64,000 nucleotides of DNA from Brevinematales bacterium (GCA_020052515.1 JAGVOW010000016.1:162-64161), one strand, 5' to 3'; shown: positions 48,201 through 56,818, numbered from the stretch's first letter. Numbers and translations: made by a program. The notes: generated by a model from the letters alone, not told the origin.

Positions 48201-48292
48201 ATTTGCCTCCTATGAAAAATCGCACCGCGATTTATTCAGCTCTCTTAGTTTATCGGAAAAACGATTTTTTCCTAAAATTTAATCCACGGGAT

Positions 48293-49954
48293 TTAATCCC
48301 CTATCATTTCTGTGATGCTTCCTCCCGGCGGGATCATCGGCAAAACATTGTGCCTTGAGTCAATGGGGACATTGATTAAAGCGGGGCCTTTAAAGTCGAG
48401 CGCTTTTTTAAAGCGGCGTTTAAAATGGCTGTTTTGCTTGACATCAAAACTTTTTATACCGAAACCCTCCCCGATTTTCGTGAAGTCTGGTTGAGAAATA
48501 AATTCAGAGGCAATATACTTCTTTTCGTAAAACAATTCCTGCTGCTGGCGGACCAGGCCTAAATGGCCGTTATTCAGGATAATGATTTTGACATTCAGCT
48601 GGTGGTCTGCCAGAGTCGCCAATTCTTGAATATTCATCAAGATAGAACCATCTCCGCTGATGCAGATAATTTGCCTGTCAGGCCAGGCCAGCGCGGCCCC
48701 AATTGCCGCGGGAAGGCCAAACCCCATGGTTCCCAATCCCCCAGAAGTCAAAAATTGACGGGGCCTTTTAAAGGGAAAGGCCTGGGCTGTCCACATCTGG
48801 TGCTGTCCGACATCGGTCGTAATGATCGCATCCGGCTGGATCAGCTGGCTGATTAATTGAATCATATTTAATGGATGGAAGACCTCATTCTGCTTTGGTG
48901 CCCATGGTGGAAATTGTTTTTTCAGGCAGGCAATCTCCGAGAGCCATTTCTCCCTTTTATTTTCTTCTATTAGAGGAAAAATCCCGTTTAAAGCCAGATT
49001 CAGATCTGCCGCTATGAAGCTGTTTGTTCTCTTGATTTTATCAATCTCTGAATGATCAATATCAATGTGTAAAATATCGGCATGCCGGCAGAATTTCTCG
49101 GCATTTCCAGTCGCCCGGTCGTCAAAACGAACTCCCAGGGCAATCAATAAATCCGCTTTGTCCAGTAAGTAGTTGGTATAGCGGGCACCGTGCATTCCCA
49201 GCATTCCGATGTACAAAGGGTCATCCATCGGTACGCACCCAATGCCCATCAATGTTGAAGCGATCGGCAAGGAGTTTTTTTTGGCCAATTCCAGTATTTT
49301 TTTATGAGTTTTGGAATGGACAGCTCCTCCGCCAATCAGTATCAAAGGCTTTTGCGCCTTATTGATGAGCAACGCGGCTTTCTCCTTATCTTTCTGGTTT
49401 ATTTCTTTTTCCATGGCTTCTATAGGAGGTTTTGGCCATTCTTTAAATTCAATCATTTCGGCCTGGACGCTCTTTGGAATATCTATCAGAATTGGCCCTG
49501 GCCTTCCCTCCATTGCAATCCGGAATGCCGCCGGGATTATATCAAACAATTTTTTTGCGCTCTGGACGAAAAAATTATGCTTGGTAATAGGCAAAGATAT
49601 CCCATAAGTGTCTACTTCCTGAAACGCGTCAGTGCCAATGAGTGCTGTAGAAACCTGTCCTGTGATGGCTATAATGGGAATCGAATCCAATTTCGCGTCC
49701 GCTATGGCAGTCAGTAAATTTGTAACGCCTGGGCCGGATGTGGCAAAGCAGACTGCCGGTTTTCCAGTTGACCTTGCTATCCCTTGTGCGATAAAGCCTG
49801 CGCCCTGTTCATGCCGGGTAAGAATGTGCCTGATCTTGCTATGAAACAGGGCATCGTAAAGCGGCAGATTTTGTCCGCCGGGAATTCCGGCAATCAGTTG
49901 AATCCCCTGTCTTTCCAGAAGGCGGATAGTGATTTCCGCGCCTGTCATTTTCAT
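48293..49954 (-). CDS. Second AHAS large-subunit paralog (IlvG-like), no adjacent small subunit
   Basis: 'RHEQGAGFIAQGIARSTGKPAVCFATSGPGVTNL', 'ITGQVSTALIGTDAFQEVDTYGISLPITKHNFFVQS' (close to my memory of E. coli IlvG) and 'GDGSILMNIQEL'. AGGAGG RBS. Confidence 0.85.
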   Translation of the reverse strand: MKMTGAEITIRLLERQGIQLIAGIPGGQNLPLYDALFHSKIRHILTRHEQGAGFIAQGIARSTGKPAVCFATSGPGVTNLLTAIADAKLDSIPIIAITGQVSTALIGTDAFQEVDTYGISLPITKHNFFVQSAKKLFDIIPAAFRIAMEGRPGPILIDIPKSVQAEMIEFKEWPKPPIEAMEKEINQKDKEKAALLINKAQKPLILIGGGAVHSKTHKKILELAKKNSLPIASTLMGIGCVPMDDPLYIGMLGMHGARYTNYLLDKADLLIALGVRFDDRATGNAEKFCRHADILHIDIDHSEIDKIKRTNSFIAADLNLALNGIFPLIEENKREKWLSEIACLKKQFPPWAPKQNEVFHPLNMIQLISQLIQPDAIITTDVGQHQMWTAQAFPFKRPRQFLTSGGLGTMGFGLPAAIGAALAWPDRQIICISGDGSILMNIQELATLADHQLNVKIIILNNGHLGLVRQQQELFYEKKYIASEFISQPDFTKIGEGFGIKSFDVKQNSHFKRRFKKALDFKGPALINVPIDSRHNVLPMIPPGGSITEMIGD

Positions 49955-49970
49955 AAATTTCCTCCTATGA

Positions 49971-50008
49971 GAAATAAAAAACCCCTGCCGGTTAAAACCG
50001 GCAGGGGT
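49971..50008 (-). terminator. Intrinsic terminator between leader ORF and ilvG-like gene (candidate attenuator)
   Basis: The minus strand reads CCCCTGCCGG-ttttaa-CCGGCAGGGG followed by TTTTTTATTT. The stem ends ~27 nt before the ilvG-like ATG. Confidence 0.7.
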
Positions 50009-50032
50009 AGATTTATTCCATTATAATATGGA

Positions 50033-50116
50033 TCATCCCAGCGGTAAAAACCGATAGACAAAAGAAAGTGTCACCACGACAAGTACGAGTACGATGATAG
50101 TTGAAAAAGGACCCAT
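50033..50116 (-). CDS. 27-aa Ile/Val/Leu-rich leader peptide candidate
   Basis: GAGGAA RBS 7 nt upstream of the ATG. The peptide is MGPFSTIIVLVLVVVTLSFVYRFLPLG: 13 of 27 residues are I/V/L, nine of them consecutive. Confidence 0.45.
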   Translation of the reverse strand: MGPFSTIIVLVLVVVTLSFVYRFLPLG

Positions 50117-50132
50117 ATAAAGTTTCCTCACA

Positions 50133-50160
50133 AAGGCGACAATAATTATTGTCGCCTTTT
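50133..50160. repeat. 28-bp perfect palindrome (copy 3)
   Basis: aaaGGCGACAATAATTATTGTCGCCttt. It ends 16 nt upstream of the leader-ORF ATG on the minus strand. Confidence 0.95.
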
Positions 50161-50183
50161 TTACTTATTCATAAAACGAAAAA

Positions 50184-50217
50184 AGCCCCCGCTGGTTTTA
50201 CCAGCGGGGGCTTTTTA
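50184..50217. terminator. Strong bidirectional-looking intrinsic terminator
   Basis: AGCCCCCGCTGG-tttta-CCAGCGGGGGCT flanked by an A-run and a T-run. Confidence 0.7.
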
Positions 50218-50326
50218 ATAAAAACAACCCATCCCTACGGCATAAACCTTTTGACAAATTCAAGCTTCACCACTAGCGCCACATTTAAAGGGATGGAGAA
50301 TTTAATCATAAAAATTCCTTTTTATT
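50184..50326 (-). ncRNA. Candidate ~110-140 nt structured transcript (sRNA or upstream leader), unassigned family
   Basis: It is bounded by a consensus promoter and the 50184-50217 terminator. An internal 8-bp helix CCATCCCT (50229-50236)/AGGGATGG (50289-50296) can be extended by GUGGC:GCCGU. It also contains a 24-codon ORF (50235..50309, MIKFSIPLNVALVVKLEFVKRFMP). Confidence 0.35.
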
Positions 50327-50332
50327 CACATT

Positions 50333-50361
50333 ATTATAGAATAGTTGTGGATTGATGTCAA
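50333..50361 (-). promoter_or_regulatory. Perfect consensus sigma70 promoter
   Basis: The minus strand reads TTGACA-N17-TATAAT, preceded by a T-tract. Confidence 0.6.
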
Positions 50362-50534
50362 AAAAAAACTTGTCTTAGGCGCGGTTAATAAAACGCGCCT
50401 ATACTCCAATCTCAGTGTACCCCGGCAGCAAAGGAATTTTAAGTTTTTAATAGTGGGGGCAGCTCCCTGCCCGACTATTTTTCATTGAAATGCGCAAAAG
50501 TCATGACTATTCGGCATTAGACTGCAAATAAGTC

Positions 50535-50780
50535 TTGACTTCTTTTTTAACTCCTTATTCTTCGAATATCGGCAGGGCCATCCTGAAAGAACCCAAGCTT
50601 TATTTTTTTGACAATGCTCTTGTTCAGGGTGATGAGGGCGTACGTTTTGAAAACCTGGTTGCTTTATGTCTCTATAAGTCTGTTTTATACCGAAGAGACC
50701 AGCTGGCAGAAGAAATAGAATTGAAATATATCCGGACTAAGGATAAAAAAGAGATTGATTTTACTCTTGTAAAACAAGGA
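50535..50780 (+). pseudogene. C-terminal fragment of a second DUF4143 ATPase gene
   Basis: 'KEPKLYFFDNALV...GVRFENLVA...KYIRTKDKKEIDFTLV' is the DUF4143 tail only. There is no ATPase domain upstream, and the frame runs into the rsmA 3' end. Confidence 0.5.
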
Positions 50781-50787
50781 ACTACGG

Positions 50788-51591
50788 CTATAAATCCCAA
50801 AACAACCGCTCCCACTTTTCTACTTCCACTTCCTCCGGCCGGATAGAAAGCGGAATGCCTGATTTTGCCAATATTTCCGGCGAAATTCCAGCCTGCTTTA
50901 AGTTATTGGACAGCGTTTTTCGTCTCGATTGAAAAGCTTTCCTTAAAAAGGAATTGAATTCCTCCTGAGGAAGATCGCAGAGCTTCTTTTTTAACTTCAC
51001 AACCATAGAATCAATAGAAGGCGCCGGGAAAAAGCATTTTCTTCCCACAGAGAAAAGAGGCGTTATTTCCAGATAATAATGAGACAAAATGCTCATGACT
51101 CCAAAATTTTCTTCTCCCGGCATAGCCTTCATTCTTTGTACAAAATCGCTCTGGAGCATTACAATTCCTTCATCAAAAATTTTTTCTTCAATAAATCTTT
51201 TGACCGCCTCGCCGGAAATGGAATAGGGAAGATTGGAAACAAAAAACAAATTTTCTTCTTTCAGTTGAGAAAAGTCATAAGAAAGAAAGTCGCCATGGAT
51301 CATGGTGAGATGGGGATGGGAAAGAAAATCTTTCAGAACGACATAAATGCCCCTGTCAATCTCAATGGAATAGGTCTTATGATTTTCTATTAAAAGCATG
51401 GTCAAAGCGCCCAAACCACTGCCGACCTCAAAAAGGGCTGCGTCCTTTGAAATGTTAGCAATGATTTTTTCAGCGGTATTTCTGTCAATCAAGTAATTCT
51501 GGCCCCTTTTTTTCGAGAGATGCAGATGGTTTTGCTCCAATACCTTCGACACAAAATGGAGAGAGAAGGGATTGTATTCCAGATTTTTCAT
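50788..51591 (-). CDS. rsmA: 16S rRNA (adenine1518/1519-N6)-dimethyltransferase
   Basis: 'KKRGQNYLID' and 'EVGSGLGALT'. Confidence 0.9.
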   Translation of the reverse strand: MKNLEYNPFSLHFVSKVLEQNHLHLSKKRGQNYLIDRNTAEKIIANISKDAALFEVGSGLGALTMLLIENHKTYSIEIDRGIYVVLKDFLSHPHLTMIHGDFLSYDFSQLKEENLFFVSNLPYSISGEAVKRFIEEKIFDEGIVMLQSDFVQRMKAMPGEENFGVMSILSHYYLEITPLFSVGRKCFFPAPSIDSMVVKLKKKLCDLPQEEFNSFLRKAFQSRRKTLSNNLKQAGISPEILAKSGIPLSIRPEEVEVEKWERLFWDL

Positions 51592-51592
51592 A

Positions 51593-52597
51593 TTACTTCA
51601 AGTTTTTTTTCAATTCATTGACTGTTTTTATCAACTCGGAAAGTCTTGTTAATCCGGCGTAAATACGCTTCTGCTCCATCATATCCCTGGCGGGTGTGCC
51701 GAGGACTATTTTCCCGGATTCAATATTCGCCTTGCTTTCTATGCCGGATTGAGCAAGCACCACAACGCGGTCACCCAGGGTCACATGGTCAGACACGCCG
51801 GCCTGTCCGGTGATAATACAATTCTTGCCGATAGTCGAGCTTCCCGCAATGCCAACCTGTGATATAATAATGGAATTTTCGCCGATTTTGACATTGTGGG
51901 CGATCTGTACCAGATTGTCAATCTTGGTGCCTTTACCGATGCGGGTTTCTCCAATCGTGGCACGGTCAATGGCGACACATACGCCGATCTCGACATCATC
52001 CTCGATGACAATTCGGCCGATTTGTGGAATTTTGATGTTTTTTTCGTCCTTCTGAATGTATCCATATCCATCTCCGCCGATGACAGAATTGTGATGAATA
52101 ATGACATTGTCTCCGATTGTTGTTTCATCATCAATCTTTACACCGGCTTTAATGATGCAGTTTTTGCCGATTTTTACATTTTTCCCGATAAAAACCTGCG
52201 GATAAATTACTGTTTTATCTCCGATCTGCGCATTGTCCATAATGCAGGCAAAAGGCATAATCGTGACATTTTTGCCGATAGAGGCGCTTTTTTCAATATA
52301 AGTATTTGGGTAGATTTGCTGAGGATAGGACTTATAAGGGCTGAACAAAGCCAGAACTTTAGAGAAAGCAAGCTTTGGGTTTTCTGATAAAAGCACTGGT
52401 TTGCCGGAAAACGCCATTCCCTTTGGAATAATCAGAGCGGCGACGCTACTTACTGCGAGAAGCTCCAGATTTCTTTTATTTTCCGCGTAAGCGATCGTAT
52501 GGGGCTCCTGATGCTCCAGGTCGGAAACGCCGTTTATCTCGACATCGTTTCCAGTCACTTCTTCGCCAATCAGGCGGGCAATCTCTGAAAGTTTCAT
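51593..52597 (-). CDS. lpxD: UDP-3-O-acylglucosamine N-acyltransferase
   Basis: N-terminal LpxD domain followed by a long left-handed beta-helix of hexapeptide repeats ('IGDNVIIHHNSVIGGDGYGY'). Confidence 0.9.
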   Translation of the reverse strand: MKLSEIARLIGEEVTGNDVEINGVSDLEHQEPHTIAYAENKRNLELLAVSSVAALIIPKGMAFSGKPVLLSENPKLAFSKVLALFSPYKSYPQQIYPNTYIEKSASIGKNVTIMPFACIMDNAQIGDKTVIYPQVFIGKNVKIGKNCIIKAGVKIDDETTIGDNVIIHHNSVIGGDGYGYIQKDEKNIKIPQIGRIVIEDDVEIGVCVAIDRATIGETRIGKGTKIDNLVQIAHNVKIGENSIIISQVGIAGSSTIGKNCIITGQAGVSDHVTLGDRVVVLAQSGIESKANIESGKIVLGTPARDMMEQKRIYAGLTRLSELIKTVNELKKNLK

Positions 52598-52644
52598 AAA
52601 AATTCCTTGTCTTTGATTGCTTTATGATAAAGAAACACAAGAGA

Positions 52645-54003
52645 TTAGTCAAATGAGGGTAGCTGAAAAAAACTTTTTAAATTTGGAGAGGGGTAATAAT
52701 ATTTATTTCTGCCCACTTTTTTAACAAGTAAAAAACCCTTTTCTCCCAAAATTTTGAGGTCTTTGATCGCCGTTAATTTTGATGTCCTGTAAATATTTTT
52801 GTGGATGGTCGGTGTTGTTTTATCCTCAGGATGTTCGATGAAATGTTCCAATAATTCTATCTGCCTCTGGTTTAGCCCAAAACGGACCGCTAAATCTTCT
52901 TTTTTCGCGCGTTTTTCCTCATTCTTTTGCAAATAATTTAAAAAATGCTCAATAGAAGCCTGAATTTTCAGCACATTATAATTGATAAAATAGGTCAGGT
53001 CATGATCATCCTGTTCGCTATAGAGATAAGCCTTTTCATATTGCGCTCTGGATTTTAATAATAGCGACGAAAATGACAAATAAAAAAATACCCAATAGCC
53101 CTTTTTTATTAAATACCAATAGAATAAAATCCGGGCCAGCCTTCCGTTTCCGTCACAGAAGGGATGAAGATACCCAATCCAGAAATGAATCATAATTGCT
53201 TTTATTAAAGGATGAATAAATGGCTCATTATCCTCATCGTTGGCGAAACGAATGAGGCGGTCCATCTCTTTTTCAACAAACTCAGCCTTCGGAGGGATAA
53301 AATAGATTATTTCGCTATCTTTGCTCACAACAATGTCATCATGATCGTTTCGGAATCTGCCGATATCTTTTTGGTCCAATGTGTTTTTGGTTAAAATTTC
53401 ATGGATTTCGAAAAGAAGACTTTTTGACAGTTTTTTTTCTTTGTATTCTTCATCAATTAATTTCATCGCCTGATAATTGTTTAATATCATTTGCTCTGAT
53501 TTATCTCGGGGTTTTCTGCCGGTTCGGATCATTTCTTTTGCCATTTTTCTCGTGGTGTTTGCGCCTTCCAGCTGTGATGACGCTATAGATTCTTCCAGGA
53601 GGCCTTTAGCTCTGAATTTGTTTTTTATTTTTTCATTCGGCTTTTCAAAGCCCAGTTCTAACAAATCTTTAAATTTTCCGGCGAAATTTAAGTCGATAAA
53701 ATGGAGAAATTTTTCCATAGAGGGAAGTTTTATCCAGGTAAAAAACTCTTGATTTTCATTTTTAATGGGGGTTTTTATAGATACCGCTTTCCGGTATTCT
53801 TTGACAGCAATCCAGAATTCTTCTTTATGCTTTATCTCATCCGGCATTTTATATTTGAGTTTGTCCCAATAGAGGTATTCCGGTTCAAAAGCTAAAATTT
53901 GGTAATTTTTATATGTCTGAGCAATTCTCAACTGAATATAAGTTTCGAGTTTAGATTCACGGTATTTTTTAAGATTTGGTTTTTCAATTTGAACTATTTT
54001 CAT
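52645..54003 (-). CDS. Fic-family protein with intramolecular inhibitory motif (class II-like) and C-terminal wHTH
   Basis: Active site 'HPFCDGNGRLAR' (HxFx[DE]GNGRxxR). There is an upstream 'SSQLEG' [ST]xxxE[GN] motif. The C-terminus reads 'LKILGEKGFLLVKKVGRNKYY'. Confidence 0.85.
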   Translation of the reverse strand: MKIVQIEKPNLKKYRESKLETYIQLRIAQTYKNYQILAFEPEYLYWDKLKYKMPDEIKHKEEFWIAVKEYRKAVSIKTPIKNENQEFFTWIKLPSMEKFLHFIDLNFAGKFKDLLELGFEKPNEKIKNKFRAKGLLEESIASSQLEGANTTRKMAKEMIRTGRKPRDKSEQMILNNYQAMKLIDEEYKEKKLSKSLLFEIHEILTKNTLDQKDIGRFRNDHDDIVVSKDSEIIYFIPPKAEFVEKEMDRLIRFANDEDNEPFIHPLIKAIMIHFWIGYLHPFCDGNGRLARILFYWYLIKKGYWVFFYLSFSSLLLKSRAQYEKAYLYSEQDDHDLTYFINYNVLKIQASIEHFLNYLQKNEEKRAKKEDLAVRFGLNQRQIELLEHFIEHPEDKTTPTIHKNIYRTSKLTAIKDLKILGEKGFLLVKKVGRNKYYYPSPNLKSFFQLPSFD

Positions 54004-54032
54004 GAACGCCTCATAGGTATAATTTATTTATT

Positions 54033-54061
54033 ATTATACCTATACTTTACCTATTTGTCAA
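54033..54061 (-). promoter_or_regulatory. Perfect consensus sigma70 promoter of the fic gene, -10 embedded in a 9-bp inverted repeat
   Basis: The minus strand reads TTGACA-N17-TATAAT. The inverted repeat is aggtataat/attatacct (54015-54041). Confidence 0.55.
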
Positions 54062-54083
54062 TGGACATGGGGAAAATAAAAAA

Positions 54084-54104
54084 GGCGGGTCATCATGACC
54101 CGCC
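54084..54104 (-). terminator. ppdK intrinsic terminator
   Basis: GGCGGGTCAT-c-ATGACCCGCC, followed on the minus strand by TTTTTTATTTT. It lies 20 nt after the ppdK stop. Confidence 0.7.
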
Positions 54105-54124
54105 TTTGGTTTTTAATATAGATT

Positions 54125-56818
54125 TTACTTCTTGTTCTTGTCTTCAATCACAGCCTGGGCCGCGGCAAGACGCGCTATCGGCACACGAAAGGGCGAGCAG
54201 GAAACATAGTTCATTCCCGCTCTATGGCAGAATTTCACGGATTTTGCTTCACCGCCGTGTTCGCCGCAGATACCGATTTTCAAATTCGGCCGGGTGCTTC
54301 TTCCTTTCTCAATAGCCAATTTTACTAAAAGTCCTACACCGTTCTGATCCAGCGACTGGAAGGGGTCATCTTTGAATATGCCGGCTTTCTTTTCGTCTAC
54401 ATAATCCGGCAGGAAACGCCCGGCGTCATCGCGGGACATACCGAGTGTCATCTGTGTCAGGTCATTGGTACCGAAGGAGAAGAATTCCGCCACTTCGGCA
54501 ATCTCATTAGCCAGAAGCGCCGCTCTGGGAACTTCAATCATAGTACCAACCATATATTTTACATTCTGGCCGCTCTTTTTAATAATAGCGTCCGCGATTT
54601 GCCTTGTTTGCACTTCCAGAATCTTCAGTTCTTTTTTATCGATGACAAGCGGGTGCATAATTTCCGGTTCTACTTTTATGCCCGCTTTGGCGCATTCGCA
54701 TGCCGCTTCGATAATTGCCGTTACCTGCATCTCCAGAATTTCAGGGTAGGTAATGCAGAGACGGCATCCTCTATGGCCGAGCATCGGGTTTGCTTCATGA
54801 AGTTGCTCCACTCTGTGGTGTACTTTCTCGTAAGGAACGCCGATTTTATTTGCGAGCTCTCTCTGCTTGGGCTCATCATGCGGGACAAACTCGTGTAAAG
54901 GCGGGTCAATCAAACGGATAGTCACCGGCAGGCCGTCCATAGCTTCAAAAATTCCCTTGAAATCCGCTCTCTGGAAGGGTAAAAGTTTCGCGAGCGCTTT
55001 TTTTCTGTCTTCGACGGTATCCGCGACAATCATTTCCTGAATGGCTTCGCGTCTTTCTTCCGTGTCAAAGAACATGTGCTCCGTTCTGCAGAGGCCGATA
55101 CCTTCAGCGCCTAGCTCTACCGCGTGTTTCGCGTCGTAAGGGGTATCCGCGTTTGTTCTGACTTTGATTTTTCTAACTTCATCCGCCCACTTCATAATGG
55201 TGTTATAAGCTTCAGGTAATGTGGGCTTTATCAGCTTCAAAGAAGTGAGATAAACTTCGCCAGTCGATCCGTTCAAGGTGATTTCATCGCCTTCTTTTAC
55301 AGTTTTGTCGCCGACGGAGAAAGATTTTTTGTTATAATCAATATTGAGCTTTTCACAGCCAACAATACAGCATTTACCCCATCCTCTTGCCACAACTGCG
55401 GCGTGTGAGGTCTTTCCGCCGGTAGCGGTGAGAATGCCTACCGCGGCGTGCATTCCGCCAACATCTTCAGGAGAGGTTTCTTTTCTGACCAATATGACTT
55501 TTTCTCCCTTCTCCGCCCATTCCTCAGCTTCGTGCGCTGAAAATACTACTTTACCAGCCGCCGCGCCGGGAACCGCGTCAATTCCCTGTACCAAAAAATT
55601 CTTTTTCAATGTGTCTTTCTGGGAAGGGTCAATCACAGGGTAGAAAATACCTTCGATGTCTTTATCTTTCAATCTGGACAAGGCATTTTCTTTCGTGATG
55701 AGCTTTTCATTCACCATATCCACCGCAATCTTGAAAGCGGCGCCAGGCGAACGCTTACCTGTCCGGCATTGTAGCATATAAAGCTTTCCTTCTTCCACCG
55801 TAAATTCCAGGTCCTGCATTTCTTTGTAGTGATTTTCCAGGGTTTTTCTGACTTCTACGAGCTGTTTGTAAGCTTTTGGGTCAGCACTTTCGAAGTCGGA
55901 TAATTTAATAGGTGTTCGAATTCCAGCCACTACGTCTTCGCCCTGAGCATTGATCAAATAATCGCCATAGAATACATTTTCGCCCGTATTCGGGTCTCTG
56001 GTAAAACAAACGCCTGTGCCGGATGTGTCGCCCATGTTGCCGAACACCATCTGCACTATATTTACAGCGGTACCAACCACGCCCTGGATTTTTTCCACTT
56101 TTCTATAGGTAACAGCCTTTTCCGCCATCCAGCTGCCGAATACGGCACTGGTAGCTCCCCAGAGCTGTTCTTTCGGGTCTTGCGGGAAATCTTTTCCAAT
56201 GTGCTTTTTATAGAGTTCTTTGAAATTTTTAATCAGTTCTTCCAGTTCTTCCGCGTTGACGTCGGTGTCATTAATCTTTGTTCCTGTGGAAACAGAAAGA
56301 CGCTTCCTGGTTTTTTCTTCTTTAACTTTATCAAAAGCATGGTCAAATTCCGCTCTTTCAATTCCCATTGCTGTTGAGCCGTACATCATAATAAACCGGC
56401 GGTAACCGTCTAAAGCAAACCTTTTGTTGCCGGTCTTTTTTGCCAGACCTTCTACGGATTTATCATTCAAGCCTAAATTGAGAATGGTTTCCATCATTCC
56501 AGGCATCGAAATAGGAGCGCCGGAACGCACAGAAACGAGAAGAGGATCATTCGCGTCGCCTAATTTTTTTCCCACGAGTTTTTCCAGATGGGCCAGGTTC
56601 TCATCTACCTCTTTTTCCAATCCTTCCGGATACTTTTTCCCATTCTTGTAGAAAAGATCGCAAACCTCTGTGGTAATGGTGAATCCGCCAGGTACCGGCA
56701 GACCAATCACGGTCATCTCAGCCAGGCCCGCGCCTTTACCGCCAAGAAGTTCTTTCATTGTTCCATCACCGTCGGCCTTTCCGCCTCCGAAGAAATACAC
56801 GTACTTATTCTTTGACAT
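54125..56818 (-). CDS. ppdK: Pyruvate, phosphate dikinase
   Basis: 'MSKNKYVYFFGGGKADG' start with a GGAGG RBS, phospho-His 'GGKTSHAAVVARG' and 'GICGEHGG'. The supplied ORF extends to 57031, but that extension is spurious. Confidence 0.95.
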   Translation of the reverse strand: MSKNKYVYFFGGGKADGDGTMKELLGGKGAGLAEMTVIGLPVPGGFTITTEVCDLFYKNGKKYPEGLEKEVDENLAHLEKLVGKKLGDANDPLLVSVRSGAPISMPGMMETILNLGLNDKSVEGLAKKTGNKRFALDGYRRFIMMYGSTAMGIERAEFDHAFDKVKEEKTRKRLSVSTGTKINDTDVNAEELEELIKNFKELYKKHIGKDFPQDPKEQLWGATSAVFGSWMAEKAVTYRKVEKIQGVVGTAVNIVQMVFGNMGDTSGTGVCFTRDPNTGENVFYGDYLINAQGEDVVAGIRTPIKLSDFESADPKAYKQLVEVRKTLENHYKEMQDLEFTVEEGKLYMLQCRTGKRSPGAAFKIAVDMVNEKLITKENALSRLKDKDIEGIFYPVIDPSQKDTLKKNFLVQGIDAVPGAAAGKVVFSAHEAEEWAEKGEKVILVRKETSPEDVGGMHAAVGILTATGGKTSHAAVVARGWGKCCIVGCEKLNIDYNKKSFSVGDKTVKEGDEITLNGSTGEVYLTSLKLIKPTLPEAYNTIMKWADEVRKIKVRTNADTPYDAKHAVELGAEGIGLCRTEHMFFDTEERREAIQEMIVADTVEDRKKALAKLLPFQRADFKGIFEAMDGLPVTIRLIDPPLHEFVPHDEPKQRELANKIGVPYEKVHHRVEQLHEANPMLGHRGCRLCITYPEILEMQVTAIIEAACECAKAGIKVEPEIMHPLVIDKKELKILEVQTRQIADAIIKKSGQNVKYMVGTMIEVPRAALLANEIAEVAEFFSFGTNDLTQMTLGMSRDDAGRFLPDYVDEKKAGIFKDDPFQSLDQNGVGLLVKLAIEKGRSTRPNLKIGICGEHGGEAKSVKFCHRAGMNYVSCSPFRVPIARLAAAQAVIEDKNKK

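Noticed and set aside
50184-50326. Assignment of the structured RNA to a known class (T-box, riboswitch, 6S, SRP, tmRNA, RNase P)
   Set aside because: None of the conserved core sequences I know for these classes could be found by eye. It is left as unassigned rather than named.
50149-50355. 68-aa + strand ORF
   Set aside because: It runs straight through the 50184-50217 terminator hairpin and the opposite-strand promoter/RNA region. It has no RBS, so it is considered spurious.
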